A stretch of DNA of 61,030 bases, from contig JBGPYB010000005.1 in NCBI GenBank assembly GCA_041493035.1, positions 1-61,030 on the forward strand, written 5' to 3'. The notes under the pieces were generated by a model. That model had not been told where the DNA came from. It searched no databases and worked only from the letters and a program-made list of their open reading frames with translations. A program made the position numbers and the translations under genes. Source of the DNA: Vicinamibacteria bacterium. Its GTDB lineage: Bacteria > Acidobacteriota > Vicinamibacteria > Fen-336. Positions within the stretch are counted from its first letter, which is position 1; each line of letters starts with the position of its first letter. Shown here piece by piece: positions 18,782 through 28,801 of this stretch.

Positions 18782-21307
18782 TCATTCTCCAATCTCCACG
18801 TAGTCGAGGGGGGCTCTCTCCCCCGCGTCGACGGTCCCCTCGATCCGGATCTCATCGCCCGTGGCCAGCGGAACGGCCACGATCCGGCGACGACTCGACG
18901 AGTGACCGTTCGGCTCCGCCGTCGGAAGCGCGTCGTCCGCAACCCACGAGGCGATCGGTCTTCCCGCGACGAAAACATGGAAGCGCGAAGCCCCGACGTT
19001 CAGGTCGAAATACTGGACGCCCAGATCGCGGACACCCGTCGGCCCGTCGTAGCGGAAGGTCGCCGCGCAATGCTCCGCCCCCGGCCGGCACTGAATCGCC
19101 TTGCCCCCCGAGGCCGTCTCCCACGGCTCGACGCTCCGCACCTCGTAGCCATCGAGCACCATCGACTCGGCTTCGACCCGACCAGGGAACCGACCGGCCC
19201 GCCCCCTCTCGTCCGGGATTCCCGACTGTCGCAGAAACCAATTGCACACGGCGTCGCGCCACACGCGTGCGTGCCCCGCCTGGTATTCGAGGCGCGCCAG
19301 GACGCTCCCGTACCGGGCATCGTCGACCAGGCCTTGCAGCGAACGCCAGCGCCGTACCAGATCCGCGGCGCCATCGGCGCCATCGTAATGGGCGTCGTAG
19401 ATGTGCTGGATCGCCGTCTTCCCGGAATGCAACACCTGCCTATAGGGGACGTGGTGCATGAACAGGAGCAGCTCGTCGGGGCAGGCCTTGAGAGACTCGT
19501 ACTCCTTCGCGATCGCGTCTCGGTACTGTCCGATGAATCCGGTGCCCGTCGCGGCCGTCCGGTCCATCCCGACTCCCGCTTCGTCAGCTCGGTGCCATTG
19601 TCCCCAGCCATTGCGCTCCGACGACTCGATCCCCGGGCCGTAGTGGGGACCCAGGATGTCAGTGAGCGTCCCTGCCCCGAGCGGTCCCGTGTAGGCCTCG
19701 TAGAGAGGCCAGGAACGAAGCTGCATGTCCACGATCGTCTCCACGACGCGCGGGTCGTGACCGAACGTGAGTCGGGTCCACTCTTCCGCGATGCGCTCGG
19801 CGGTGAGGTCGGGATCTGAGGCCAATCGGCCGAAGCCATAGAGGTTGGCAGCCGCCAGCGGATGGCCGAGCCAGTTCACGTCGAGGCCGACGTTGGACAC
19901 GGCGACGAAGCCGCCGGTCGGACGGCGGAATGTCTTTCCCGAAACGAGTGACTTGACGGGCGTCGCTTCGGTCGTCGCGTGCATGTCAAAGTCCAATACC
20001 GCCTTCCACATCGGAACGAGGAAGCAGAGGTGCCGCTGCTGCCCGGTGTATTCCTGGGTGACCTGCAGCTCGATGGCCTCGTTCGTCTTCTCGAGGGCGC
20101 CGAAGAGCGGCGACGCCGGCTCGCGCACCTGGAAATCGATGGGACCGTGCTTGATCTGGAGAACGACGTTGTCGTCGAACTGCCCGTCCAGGGCGCGGAA
20201 GTTGTCGTAGGCGGCGCGCGCGCGATCGTTCTTCGGGTTGCGCCAGTCCATGTGGTGGTCGTAGACGAAGCCGCGATAGAAGATGACGCCGCCGTGGGGC
20301 GTGAGCGCCCGAGCGATGACGTTTGCGGCGTCAGCGTGTGTCCTTCCGTAGGCAGACGGCCCCGCTCTCCCCTCGGAGTCCGCCTTGAGGACGAAACCGC
20401 CGAGATCGGGAATCGCCCTGTAGATCTCGTCGGCCTTTTCCTTCCACCAGAGCGCGACGCGCGGATCGAGAGGATCGAAGGCATCGAGTCCGCCGATCGA
20501 CTTCGGGCTCGTGAAGTCGATCGAAACCGCCAGCCTCACGCCCCACGGCCGGAAGGCCCCGGCGATACGAGAGAGGCCCGGCAGGAAAGCCGTTGTGATA
20601 ACGCGAGGGTTCGCGTTCACGTTGCTGACGGCGCAACCGTTGATGCCAATCGAAGCCAGCAAGCGCGCGTACTCGCTGGCGCGGCTCAAGTCCGCGCGCA
20701 CGTCGTCGTTCTCAAAGAAGATCGATCGGCCTGCGTAGCCTCGTTCGATGCTTCCGTCGAGGTTGTTCCACTCGTTGACCCACCGAATGGGGGCGTACGG
20801 GGACCGGCGCTCGTCCAGGTCCGCAACCGTCTCGCCGAGAGCGATCTTCCGCAAGAGGGCGAATGCGCCGTAGAGAACACCGCGGTCGTTCGCCGACGCG
20901 ATCAGGAGATCGGTGTGGCCACCGCGCACGACCGTCCTCAGCCAATAGCCGTCTTCCGCGATGTCGGCGGGCGGGCGAATCGCAGGCAGCACCTTCCTCA
21001 TCGCTTGCACCGTACCGAGGACGATCGCGCCCCGCTGGGACAGGTGCCCCTCGGCGTCCAGCGTTCTCCCTAGGAGACCCCGGACTCCGTGGAGGATCTC
21101 CTGCTGCGCGGCGCCCAACACGGCCGAGTCGCCCAGAGTGACCACGACGCCGGGCAGTGCCGCGTAACGTCGCCCCTCTGCCTCCCCGACGGGCGCGTAG
21201 CGCAGCCAGGCTTCCGCGCCGGTCTCGGCTCGCAACGGCGCCGGGAGCGCGAAGACGCCGGCGACCATGGAGGCTGCGACCCAAGGCACGCGCCGTCGGC
21301 GAGTCAT
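18782..21307 (-). CDS. aguA: Alpha-glucuronidase GH67 with extra C-terminal beta-sandwich domain
   Basis: AWLRY, NNLDGSIERGYAG, KADSEG, QIKHGPIDFQVREP, ELQVTQEYTGQQRH, LLLFMHHVPY; signal peptide. Confidence 0.93.
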   Translation of the reverse strand: MTRRRRVPWVAASMVAGVFALPAPLRAETGAEAWLRYAPVGEAEGRRYAALPGVVVTLGDSAVLGAAQQEILHGVRGLLGRTLDAEGHLSQRGAIVLGTVQAMRKVLPAIRPPADIAEDGYWLRTVVRGGHTDLLIASANDRGVLYGAFALLRKIALGETVADLDERRSPYAPIRWVNEWNNLDGSIERGYAGRSIFFENDDVRADLSRASEYARLLASIGINGCAVSNVNANPRVITTAFLPGLSRIAGAFRPWGVRLAVSIDFTSPKSIGGLDAFDPLDPRVALWWKEKADEIYRAIPDLGGFVLKADSEGRAGPSAYGRTHADAANVIARALTPHGGVIFYRGFVYDHHMDWRNPKNDRARAAYDNFRALDGQFDDNVVLQIKHGPIDFQVREPASPLFGALEKTNEAIELQVTQEYTGQQRHLCFLVPMWKAVLDFDMHATTEATPVKSLVSGKTFRRPTGGFVAVSNVGLDVNWLGHPLAAANLYGFGRLASDPDLTAERIAEEWTRLTFGHDPRVVETIVDMQLRSWPLYEAYTGPLGAGTLTDILGPHYGPGIESSERNGWGQWHRADEAGVGMDRTAATGTGFIGQYRDAIAKEYESLKACPDELLLFMHHVPYRQVLHSGKTAIQHIYDAHYDGADGAADLVRRWRSLQGLVDDARYGSVLARLEYQAGHARVWRDAVCNWFLRQSGIPDERGRAGRFPGRVEAESMVLDGYEVRSVEPWETASGGKAIQCRPGAEHCAATFRYDGPTGVRDLGVQYFDLNVGASRFHVFVAGRPIASWVADDALPTAEPNGHSSSRRRIVAVPLATGDEIRIEGTVDAGERAPLDYVEIGE

Positions 21308-21354
21308 GGGGTGCAACCTAGCACAGCCGCGGCGGGCCGGTTAGGCTACACGCC

Positions 21355-23097
21355 GTGAAGCGCCCCTCCTCGCTCCGCCGGCGGCTCATTCCGGCGATCG
21401 CCGCGATCGCGGTGGCCGGCGTGATCGCGACAGCGTGGCTCGTCCAGCCCCGGCTCGAGGAGGCGATTCGTCTCCGCATCGACCAGGAGGCGGCGCGACG
21501 CGGCCTCGTGGTCCGCGTGGGCACGGTCAGGGTGCGCCCATGGCCGCTCCTCCGGCTGGAGGGTGTGCGGGTCGAGAAGCCTGGCAGTTGGTCAATCGCC
21601 GCCGACGAGGTGGCCGTGACGCTTCGCCCGTGGGGGCACGGCCTCGTGGGGCGCACACGCCTCGCTCTTGCGCGTGTCACCGTGGCTGGTCCGGCGAGTC
21701 TCGGCCTCGAGAGCGTCCCCGCCGTGTGGGACATCGTGACTTCCGGAACCGGAGCTGTGGGCGCTGAGGTTCGCGAGCCCGTCACGGGCCTCACGGCCAC
21801 GTGGCTCCCAGCCGCGGGTGGCGGCCAACTCGACGTCCGCGCGACCGCGTTCCCGGCGGGGCGTGTCTTCACCTTGCAGCGAGACAGCGTTCCACTCCTC
21901 GATCCCGGCACGCTGACCGGCGCCGTTCACCTCACGATCGCAGAGGCCACGACCTTCGACCTGAACCTCGACGGCCGCGCCCTGCGCCTCGCCGCACTGT
22001 CGAACGAAAGCCTGTTCTCGGGAGAACCCGTGGCATTCGGCGTCCCCACCGACGTCACCACGCAACTCGCGGGTTCGTGGCGCCCCGCCGAGGAAGCTCT
22101 CGATGTGCCTCACTGGCGCCTGGCGACGGGCGGCGCGTCCCTCTCCGGCGCTCTGTCTCTCGCCGATGTCCGCCATGATCCTCGCTTGGATCTGTCCCTC
22201 GAGGTCGAACATCTGGACTTCGCCCAGGTCCTCGATTCCTCCGGCCTCGATGAGCCCACGTCTGTAGCCGTATTGGAGAGCACGCCGTCGACACGAACGC
22301 GAGAGCTGGGCGCGGCTTCGCTCTCCGCGCACGCCACGGGCCGCCTGGCTGATCCTTCGTCGTTCGTCGTCTCCCAGCGGCTGGACTTCACGCCTCCCAA
22401 GCGGCCGCTCCCCGCCGTCGAGAGGCTACGCAGCGACTTCGTGCACGAGGTCACCCTCGCGACCGGAGGCCGAAGGGCCATCGTCGTCTCTCCCGCGTCC
22501 CCCGACTTCGTCCCGTTCGGCGACGTCCCTCCGCTCTTCGTCCGCACCCTTCTCCTGGGCGAAGACTCCGGCTTCTTCGGTCATAGCGGGATCGACCTCT
22601 CCGAGGTTCCGTCGGCCATCCTCACCAACTGGTCACGCGGAGGCGTCGCCCGGGGAGCTTCGACCATCACGCAGCAGCTCGCCAAGAACCTGTTCCTGTC
22701 TCGCGAAAAACGACTGGGCCGCAAGCTCCAGGAGCTGTCCCTCGCCCTGCTTGTGGAAGCGACGCTCACCAAGGAGCGCATCCTCGAGATCTACCTGAAC
22801 GTCATCGAATGGGGACCCGACGTCTACGGTCTGCGGCCCGCGGCGTGGCGCTACTTCGGCGTCGAACCACGGGCGCTCACGCCGAAGCAGATGGCTTTCC
22901 TGGTGGCGCTCATCCCGGGACCCGTCAAGTACCAACGGTCCTTCGCCGACGGGAGCCTCTCGCCCGGCTTTCGCCCGCTCGTCGACTCCCTCCTGGCCAA
23001 GCTACGGTCGGTGGATCTGCTGACCGAGGACGAGTACCAGGCGGCCCGGAACGAGGAGTTGCAGATTCGGACCGCGACTCCGGACGGGGCCTCGTAG
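21355..23097 (+). CDS. Monofunctional peptidoglycan transglycosylase (GT51) with long N-terminal beta-rich region
   Basis: EDSGFFGHSG, GASTITQQLAKNLFL, RKLQE, LEIYLNVIEWG. Confidence 0.9.
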   Translation: MKRPSSLRRRLIPAIAAIAVAGVIATAWLVQPRLEEAIRLRIDQEAARRGLVVRVGTVRVRPWPLLRLEGVRVEKPGSWSIAADEVAVTLRPWGHGLVGRTRLALARVTVAGPASLGLESVPAVWDIVTSGTGAVGAEVREPVTGLTATWLPAAGGGQLDVRATAFPAGRVFTLQRDSVPLLDPGTLTGAVHLTIAEATTFDLNLDGRALRLAALSNESLFSGEPVAFGVPTDVTTQLAGSWRPAEEALDVPHWRLATGGASLSGALSLADVRHDPRLDLSLEVEHLDFAQVLDSSGLDEPTSVAVLESTPSTRTRELGAASLSAHATGRLADPSSFVVSQRLDFTPPKRPLPAVERLRSDFVHEVTLATGGRRAIVVSPASPDFVPFGDVPPLFVRTLLLGEDSGFFGHSGIDLSEVPSAILTNWSRGGVARGASTITQQLAKNLFLSREKRLGRKLQELSLALLVEATLTKERILEIYLNVIEWGPDVYGLRPAAWRYFGVEPRALTPKQMAFLVALIPGPVKYQRSFADGSLSPGFRPLVDSLLAKLRSVDLLTEDEYQAARNEELQIRTATPDGAS

Positions 23098-23117
23098 CAA
23101 CTCGCTGGCTTCCTCTC

Positions 23118-23912
23118 TCACGGCCGGGGCTCCTCCCACCGCCGCCGAATCGCCGCCAACTCCCCCGAAGCCGCGAGGCTCTGGATCGCCACGTCAACCC
23201 GGGGGAGCAGCGGATCGCCTCTCCGAACGCCAGCGTGGTAGCCGAGACGATTCAAGGGCTCGCCAACTATCCGGAGCGCCGGGTCCGCTGCCACGCGCCA
23301 GCGGACGTAGGGTGAGTCGTAGACGACGGCATCCAGGCGTCCGGCCTTCAAATCATCGAAGAGGACGCTCTCGTTCTGGTTCCCGATCAGCCGAACGCCC
23401 AGGCCCACGCCCATGGCTCGAAGCGCCGGCCCCACCGCGGGATCTTCGCCGTCGCCAACCCTATTCCCCGCGAGATCGGCAAGGGAACGGATTCGCGTGT
23501 CGCTGGCTCGAACCGCCACGAGGAGACCCCACTCGTAGTACGGAATCGACGCGACGAGGGCGGCCGGCGTCTTGGGAGTCGGAGTCCATTGGCAGAGGAT
23601 CAGGTCGTAGCGTCCCTCGATCAGGCCAGCTTCGAGGTCGCGCCAGGCCGTCGGCACGATCACCGGGCGAACATGCAGTCGCGCCGCCAGAGCGTGCAGA
23701 ACGTCGACGTCCAGGCCCACGAGCTTCTCGAGGGGAACTGGGGGACCGGCGGGCGGCCGGGTCACGTCCTCGCGCGGGAGGAACTCACGACCCGGCACAT
23801 AGGCCCACGGCGCCGATCGTGGGTCCATGCCCACGCGCAGCAAGGGCCGATCGTCAGCGACGACCGCCGGGGAGCCGGCGAGGAGAGCGAGGCAGAGAGC
23901 GCCCAGGTGCAT
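23118..23912 (-). CDS. Extracellular solute-binding protein family 3 (amino-acid ABC-type), orphan
   Basis: Signal peptide; LRVG, GLDVD, GRYDLI, GRLDAVVYD, SGELAAIRRRW. Confidence 0.85.
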   Translation of the reverse strand: MHLGALCLALLAGSPAVVADDRPLLRVGMDPRSAPWAYVPGREFLPREDVTRPPAGPPVPLEKLVGLDVDVLHALAARLHVRPVIVPTAWRDLEAGLIEGRYDLILCQWTPTPKTPAALVASIPYYEWGLLVAVRASDTRIRSLADLAGNRVGDGEDPAVGPALRAMGVGLGVRLIGNQNESVLFDDLKAGRLDAVVYDSPYVRWRVAADPALRIVGEPLNRLGYHAGVRRGDPLLPRVDVAIQSLAASGELAAIRRRWEEPRP

Positions 23913-24056
23913 TTCGGGTGAAGCGAAACCGTAGCATGAAGGGCGGCACGAGGGAAGAAGCGTCATCGCTAACGAGTCGGCGCGTGACGCGCGGGACTAT
24001 CGCCATTAGCGTCGGTGGCGGGCGCAGAGGTCGATCCCAGCGGTTTCGGAGGCCCG

Positions 24057-26945
24057 CTACTTGCCTGTGGCCACCGGCCCGAGATAACGATCTAGCCAAT
24101 CGAGTGTCGGCTTGACCAAGGGAACCCGTGGCGGTATGTGGCCGCCGTCGAAGAGCACATGGCTCTTGTCGCCGGCCTTCGTCCCGAGGAACCGGAACAT
24201 GGGCTTCTGGGAAAACTCCAGCGGGAACACGAAGTCGTCGCGGCCATTCAGCATCAGGGTCGGGATCGTGACCCGGGGCGCGAAGTTGAACTGGTCGACC
24301 TCGGGCATTCCCGCGTCGCTGCCCTCCTCGAAGCCTCCGGCCAGGAGAATGCTGGCCTTGAACCTCGAATCGAGAGCCGTGGCGATGGGGCCCATCGAAG
24401 CTCCCCAACTGAAGCCGTAGTAGGCGAGCTTCGCTGCGTCGATGTCCGGGCGCGTGACCAGATAGTCGACCGAGCGTCCCAGGTCCTGTAGTTGCTGGAC
24501 CTGAAGATCGCGGAAGGCCCGCGAGGGCCAGGGCGGGGACTGGCGCAGCCGTCGCTCGTAGGTGTCCTTGTAGATGGGATGCAGGACGGCCCTTCCGCTC
24601 CGGATGACGAAGTCGAAAAAGCCGAGTTCGGGTTCCAGAAGTCGAGGGAGCTCCTGTGCATCCGAGCCCGGGAAGTAGACGACGGTTTGATAGGGGGGCG
24701 AAGCGTTCGCGGGCAGGAAGAGGTAGGCGATGAGCCGCTCGCCCCCGTACGCCGCGTTCATCGTGATCTTCTCCATTCTCCAGTGGGGGGAGTGGCTCTC
24801 CATCGTCTCCGTCGTGGGGGCGAGCGCCGTGCGGTCGTAGGCGTAGAGGCTGCGGAAGATCGCGAAGGTGGCGTCGTCGACCGGCTTGGCGTGAGAGTAG
24901 TCCCGCGAGAACCTCTCGACGGGTGCGGTCAGCTCCGGGGGCGGGGGCTTCACGTATCGCGCGCAGCGGAAGCCGTAGTTCTCCCTCCGCTCGAACGGGA
25001 AAGCTGCATGGCGCTCCTGGTACATGTAGACAGGCTCGTCCCAGGCGCCGCCCAGGATGTAGCGCTTCGCCCCCGAGGCACTTGAGCACCATTCCTTGAC
25101 GTTCCCCGCCATGTCGTAGGTGCCGAAGGGCCCGAGCCCTTGATGCGACCCGACCCGCGCGGGTCCCTTCTTGTCGAAGTTGCTGAGCAGGAGCAGCGTG
25201 GGCGGCGCGTACTGGTCGGTCGCCGAGAACCAGTGGTGGACGGTGGGAAGGCTCTTGCCGGCAAACTGGGCGAAGGCCGATGCTTCGTACCAGCTCACCC
25301 CACGCACCGGGTAATCCTCCTCGCCGGCGGGAGGGCTCCCCACCTCCCACGTCGCCGGGCCCGGCCGCCCGGTGCGGTCGACCAGCTTCTTCACGGCCTC
25401 CTCCCAGGGCACCTCGTGGCCCTCCTCGACGAAAGGCTCCTTCCAATAGTCGCGGCTCCGGTACCCTCCGACCTCCACGAACGCCTGGAACTGCCGGTTC
25501 GTGACCTCGAACAAATCGAGCCAGAAGCCATCCCGTTCTGTGCTCTTTCCCTCGATTTCCTCTCTACCGCCTGGCACGAACACCATGTCCTTGGGCGTCG
25601 ACCCGGCGGGCCGCAAGGTGAGCGGCTTGTCCCAGACCACCGTCGGAGCGATCTCGAGGGGCTGGAAGCCCGCCTTCTCGACGCGCCACCGAAGGAGGGC
25701 GAGGAGGATGCTCGGGAGACGCACCTTCTCGAGTGGCGTGCGGCCCACGACCTCCCAGGCGCTCTGGGGCTCGGCGTAGTCCTTCCAGGAAACCAAAGCG
25801 CCCTCGGGGTCGGTGTGAAGGGAGTACTCCCAGGTGAGCGACTCCCAAAGGCGCTGCGCCTCCCGATCCCCGGCCAGGTAGGGGAGCGCCTGCTGTGCGA
25901 GCCGGTAGGCGGCGACGTTCTTGTCCTCGGCATTGAGGCGAGCGACCTCCGGCAGCGCCACGAGCCGGGCCCATCTCTCCCGGGAGCTGCGGACCCAGAG
26001 CCAGGACGCGACGGAGAGCGCGGCGACGAGGGCCAGGCCTGCCGGAATGACGACTCGTGGGCGGCGCCAAGGGCCTTGCCCCGCCTTGACCCGGTCGCCG
26101 ACCCGCTCGAGGTCGCGCAGCAGCTCGCTCGCCGAAGGGTACCGCGCTTCACGCTCCTTCTCGAGACACCGCAAGACGACGCGCTCCAGGTCCGCGGGAA
26201 CCTCGGACCTCGTCGACCGGGGAGCCGTAGGCGTGGTCGTGAGAACGGCCTTGCGGATCGAGACGTGGGAATCGCCTGGAAAGGGACGACGCCCCGTGAG
26301 CATCTCGTAAAGCATCGAACCGAAGGAGAAGACGTCGGTCCGGCAATCGACCGGATGGCCCTCGGCCTGCTCCGGTGACATGTAAGACGGAGTCCCGAGG
26401 ACGGCTCCATGCTCCGTGCGGAGGCCGGCCGAAAGGGTCGGCCCATCTTCCGACGAGTCCCCTTCGGCCAGCTTGGCCAGACCAAAATCCACAAGCTTGA
26501 CGTCGCCCGTCTTCGAGACCATGACATTCGCCGGCTTGACGTCCCGATGAATGATTCCCGCGACGTGGGCCGCGCCGAGGGCGCCCGCGACCTGGATGGC
26601 GTAGCGAAGCGCCTCGTCGATGCGAAGCGGCCCTGTCCCCAGGAGCTTGTCGAGGGACGTTCCGTCGACGTACTCCATAACGATGAAGTCACGCTCGGCC
26701 CCGTCAGAGACGTCCCGGTCGATATCGTGGATGATGATGATGTGCGGATGATTGAGCGCGGAGGCCGCTTGCGCTTCGCGTACGAAACGCTCTCTCCGCT
26801 CGCGGCTCGCCGCCGCCTCCGGGCGCACGACCTTGATGGCGACGTTTCGGTCGAGGCGGGTATCCTGGGCGCGGTAGACGACGCCCATCCCCCCCTCGCC
26901 CAGCGTCTCGATGATCTCGTAGTGGGAGATCGTCTTTCCGATCAT
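24057..26945 (-). CDS. Ser/Thr protein kinase - TM - FGE/SUMF1-like - alpha/beta-hydrolase fusion
   Basis: GEGGMGVVY, HRDVKPAN, DFGLAK; EVTNRQF and DMAGNVKEW (FGE); GFSWG elbow plus D/H triad residues. Confidence 0.93.
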   Translation of the reverse strand: MIGKTISHYEIIETLGEGGMGVVYRAQDTRLDRNVAIKVVRPEAAASRERRERFVREAQAASALNHPHIIIIHDIDRDVSDGAERDFIVMEYVDGTSLDKLLGTGPLRIDEALRYAIQVAGALGAAHVAGIIHRDVKPANVMVSKTGDVKLVDFGLAKLAEGDSSEDGPTLSAGLRTEHGAVLGTPSYMSPEQAEGHPVDCRTDVFSFGSMLYEMLTGRRPFPGDSHVSIRKAVLTTTPTAPRSTRSEVPADLERVVLRCLEKEREARYPSASELLRDLERVGDRVKAGQGPWRRPRVVIPAGLALVAALSVASWLWVRSSRERWARLVALPEVARLNAEDKNVAAYRLAQQALPYLAGDREAQRLWESLTWEYSLHTDPEGALVSWKDYAEPQSAWEVVGRTPLEKVRLPSILLALLRWRVEKAGFQPLEIAPTVVWDKPLTLRPAGSTPKDMVFVPGGREEIEGKSTERDGFWLDLFEVTNRQFQAFVEVGGYRSRDYWKEPFVEEGHEVPWEEAVKKLVDRTGRPGPATWEVGSPPAGEEDYPVRGVSWYEASAFAQFAGKSLPTVHHWFSATDQYAPPTLLLLSNFDKKGPARVGSHQGLGPFGTYDMAGNVKEWCSSASGAKRYILGGAWDEPVYMYQERHAAFPFERRENYGFRCARYVKPPPPELTAPVERFSRDYSHAKPVDDATFAIFRSLYAYDRTALAPTTETMESHSPHWRMEKITMNAAYGGERLIAYLFLPANASPPYQTVVYFPGSDAQELPRLLEPELGFFDFVIRSGRAVLHPIYKDTYERRLRQSPPWPSRAFRDLQVQQLQDLGRSVDYLVTRPDIDAAKLAYYGFSWGASMGPIATALDSRFKASILLAGGFEEGSDAGMPEVDQFNFAPRVTIPTLMLNGRDDFVFPLEFSQKPMFRFLGTKAGDKSHVLFDGGHIPPRVPLVKPTLDWLDRYLGPVATGK

Positions 26946-27151
26946 GACGCCTCGTCTGGTTGACGACGAGCGGCCCTGCACGCCACCTGGGATCGCGAAA
27001 CTCTAGCACAGCCCGCCTGCCCGATTCGCGCGGGCGGCACCCACGCGACCGCACGGCGCGCCATCGCGAGGCACATTTGTTTCCCCGACGACGTGAGCGC
27101 AAACTGAGGCCCGCGGCCGGGCACATCACAAGCACGTCTTGGAGCACGCAA

Positions 27152-27830
27152 GTGGTAAGGGGGAGGGACGCTTTCGGGCGTCTCGCCATCCTGGTGGTCG
27201 CAGGCTCGATGGCGCCCGCCTTCGCCCTCGATCCTCACCGCTCACCCGACCAGTACGCCTCCCGCGTGTGGGGAAAGCGCGAGGGCCTCCCGAGCTCGTG
27301 GGTTTACGCGGTTCTCCCGTCACGCCCGGGATACCTCTGGCTCGCGACGGGCGACGGACTCCTGCGCTTCGACGGCGTCCGCTTTACGGCTTACGGCTGG
27401 CTGAATTCCCCTGGGCTGCCCGCCGACGTCGTCCTCGCACTCCACGAGGGACGCGACGGCTTCGTCTGGATCGCCACGGACGGCGGCGGTCTCGATCGCC
27501 TGCGCGGCGACCGGGCGAGCCTGGCGACCGTCGATGAGGGCTTCGCCAAGGAGAACGTGTACGCCCTCTTTGAAGATCACGCCGGGAGCATCTGGTTTTC
27601 CACCGCGGCGCACGGGCTCTGCCGTATCGTCGGGGGCCGCGCCGACTGTCTCACCAAGCCCTTCGGCGACGAGCTCGTGCGGTGCCTTTTGGAGGACAAG
27701 CAGGGCCAGCTCTGGGCCGGCACCTCAGCGGGCCTGGTGCGCATCGACGGAAACACCGTGCACCCCGTGGCCACAGAGGACGGCAAGAGGACAACGGTTA
27801 CCTCGCTGACGGAAGGGCCCTCGGGCACAC
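27152..27830 (+). pseudogene. Truncated beta-propeller ligand-binding sensor (two-component regulator propeller repeats)
   Basis: Signal peptide, ALDP, GLPSSWV, GYLWLATGDGLLRFDG, EDHAGSIWF, EDKQGQLWAGT; similarity ends abruptly after EGPSGT, with no Y_Y_Y or output domain. Confidence 0.75.
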
Positions 27831-27905
27831 CCCTCGACGAGATAGAGATCGCTGAGCAGACGGTGGACGTGATAGGCGCCCGTCTGTCCGTCGGGCGACA
27901 AGGAA
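27830..27905 (-). pseudogene. C-terminal remnant of a PD40/TolB-propeller (kinase-type) gene
   Basis: Reverse strand reads SLSPDGQTGAYHVHRLLSDLYLVEG, resembling a C-terminus recalled from acidobacterial kinase-propeller proteins. Confidence 0.5.
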
Positions 27906-27966
27906 CACCCCGGTTTCGTCGGACACCCCACTGGAGTGCCGCCGAGAAACTCGCGGGGCAACCCGT

Positions 27967-28383
27967 TCAGGCGCCGAGGACGTCGATTCCGAAGGTTCGC
28001 GCCGCCAGAGCGAGGCCGACGTCGTGGGTTGCCATGACAAGCGCTCGTCGCGTCCGGTCTCGCCAGACCAGGGCGGTGGCGAGGTGCAACGCATCCAGGG
28101 TTCCAAGGGGCGTGGGCATGGGCTCCGATGCCCGGGAAAGCACGATGGGCTGAAGGAGGACGAGGTCCACGGCTTCCAACCAATCCGCCACGACGGCGCG
28201 GCGGGCCGCCGCATCGTCCGTCGAGAGAGCGCCTTGAAGGCGCAGTCGGTCGATCGTTCGAAGAGACTCGACGGCCAACAGCTCGCTCGATACGAGGGCC
28301 TCGCACGACCGAAGATTCTCGAGGGCGCCTGGCTCGCGAAGCACGAGCCGGAGCAGGGCTGACGTATCGAGGTAGGAGATCAC
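27967..28383 (-). CDS. vapC: PIN-domain toxin (VapC family)
   Basis: YLDTSAL, E40-type residue, TLDALHLATA, THD. Confidence 0.92.
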   Translation of the reverse strand: MISYLDTSALLRLVLREPGALENLRSCEALVSSELLAVESLRTIDRLRLQGALSTDDAAARRAVVADWLEAVDLVLLQPIVLSRASEPMPTPLGTLDALHLATALVWRDRTRRALVMATHDVGLALAARTFGIDVLGA

Positions 28384-28628
28384 CTCGACGCGCGATCGTG
28401 GAGCAACACTGACAGGCTGTCGGTCGAGGCCGACGGACGCGGCGGCAAGCGGAGGTCGCCCGGCTTCCTCGTCGCACGCCGGACCTCGAGCGGAGTCTCG
28501 GCATCGTAGGGAACGATCCGCGCGACGGGCGTGTTTCGGTCGAGGACGGTCAGCGTCCGCCCCCCCCGGACCTTCCGGAGATGTTCACTGAGGTGAGCCT
28601 TCAACTCAGCGATCCTCACCTTGCTCAT
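28380..28628 (-). CDS. Phd/YefM-family antitoxin
   Basis: VRIAELKAHLSEHLRKV...DRNTPVARIVP; GTGA-type overlap with the toxin gene. Confidence 0.92.
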   Translation of the reverse strand: MSKVRIAELKAHLSEHLRKVRGGRTLTVLDRNTPVARIVPYDAETPLEVRRATRKPGDLRLPPRPSASTDSLSVLLHDRASR

Positions 28629-28662
28629 GACCCATTCTGGTCATGAGTGGTCAGCTTGTCAA
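28624..28662 (-). promoter_or_regulatory. TA promoter (TTGACA-17-CAGAAT) with overlapping palindromic operator
   Basis: -35 at 28657-28662, -10 at 28634-28639; inverted repeat CTCATGACC-N6-GGTCATGAG (28624-28647) covers the -10 and start codon. Confidence 0.8.
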
Positions 28663-28801
28663 GTCCCACCCGATCCGGCCCTCGTACCGCTGCGTCGAGC
28701 GCCGGCGGAGATCGTGCCAGGGGGAGTCGCTACCACGGCCCCGCGTGACGGGACGTGGCGCGGCCCGCCGGCATTGGTGTCACTCTTCGCGAAGCGAAGA
28801 G

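Noticed and set aside
26960-28153. Intact 397-aa sensor protein as given in the ORF track
   Set aside because: The first ~64 and last ~105 codons are non-homologous, and the tail overlaps vapC antisense; treated as a truncated gene
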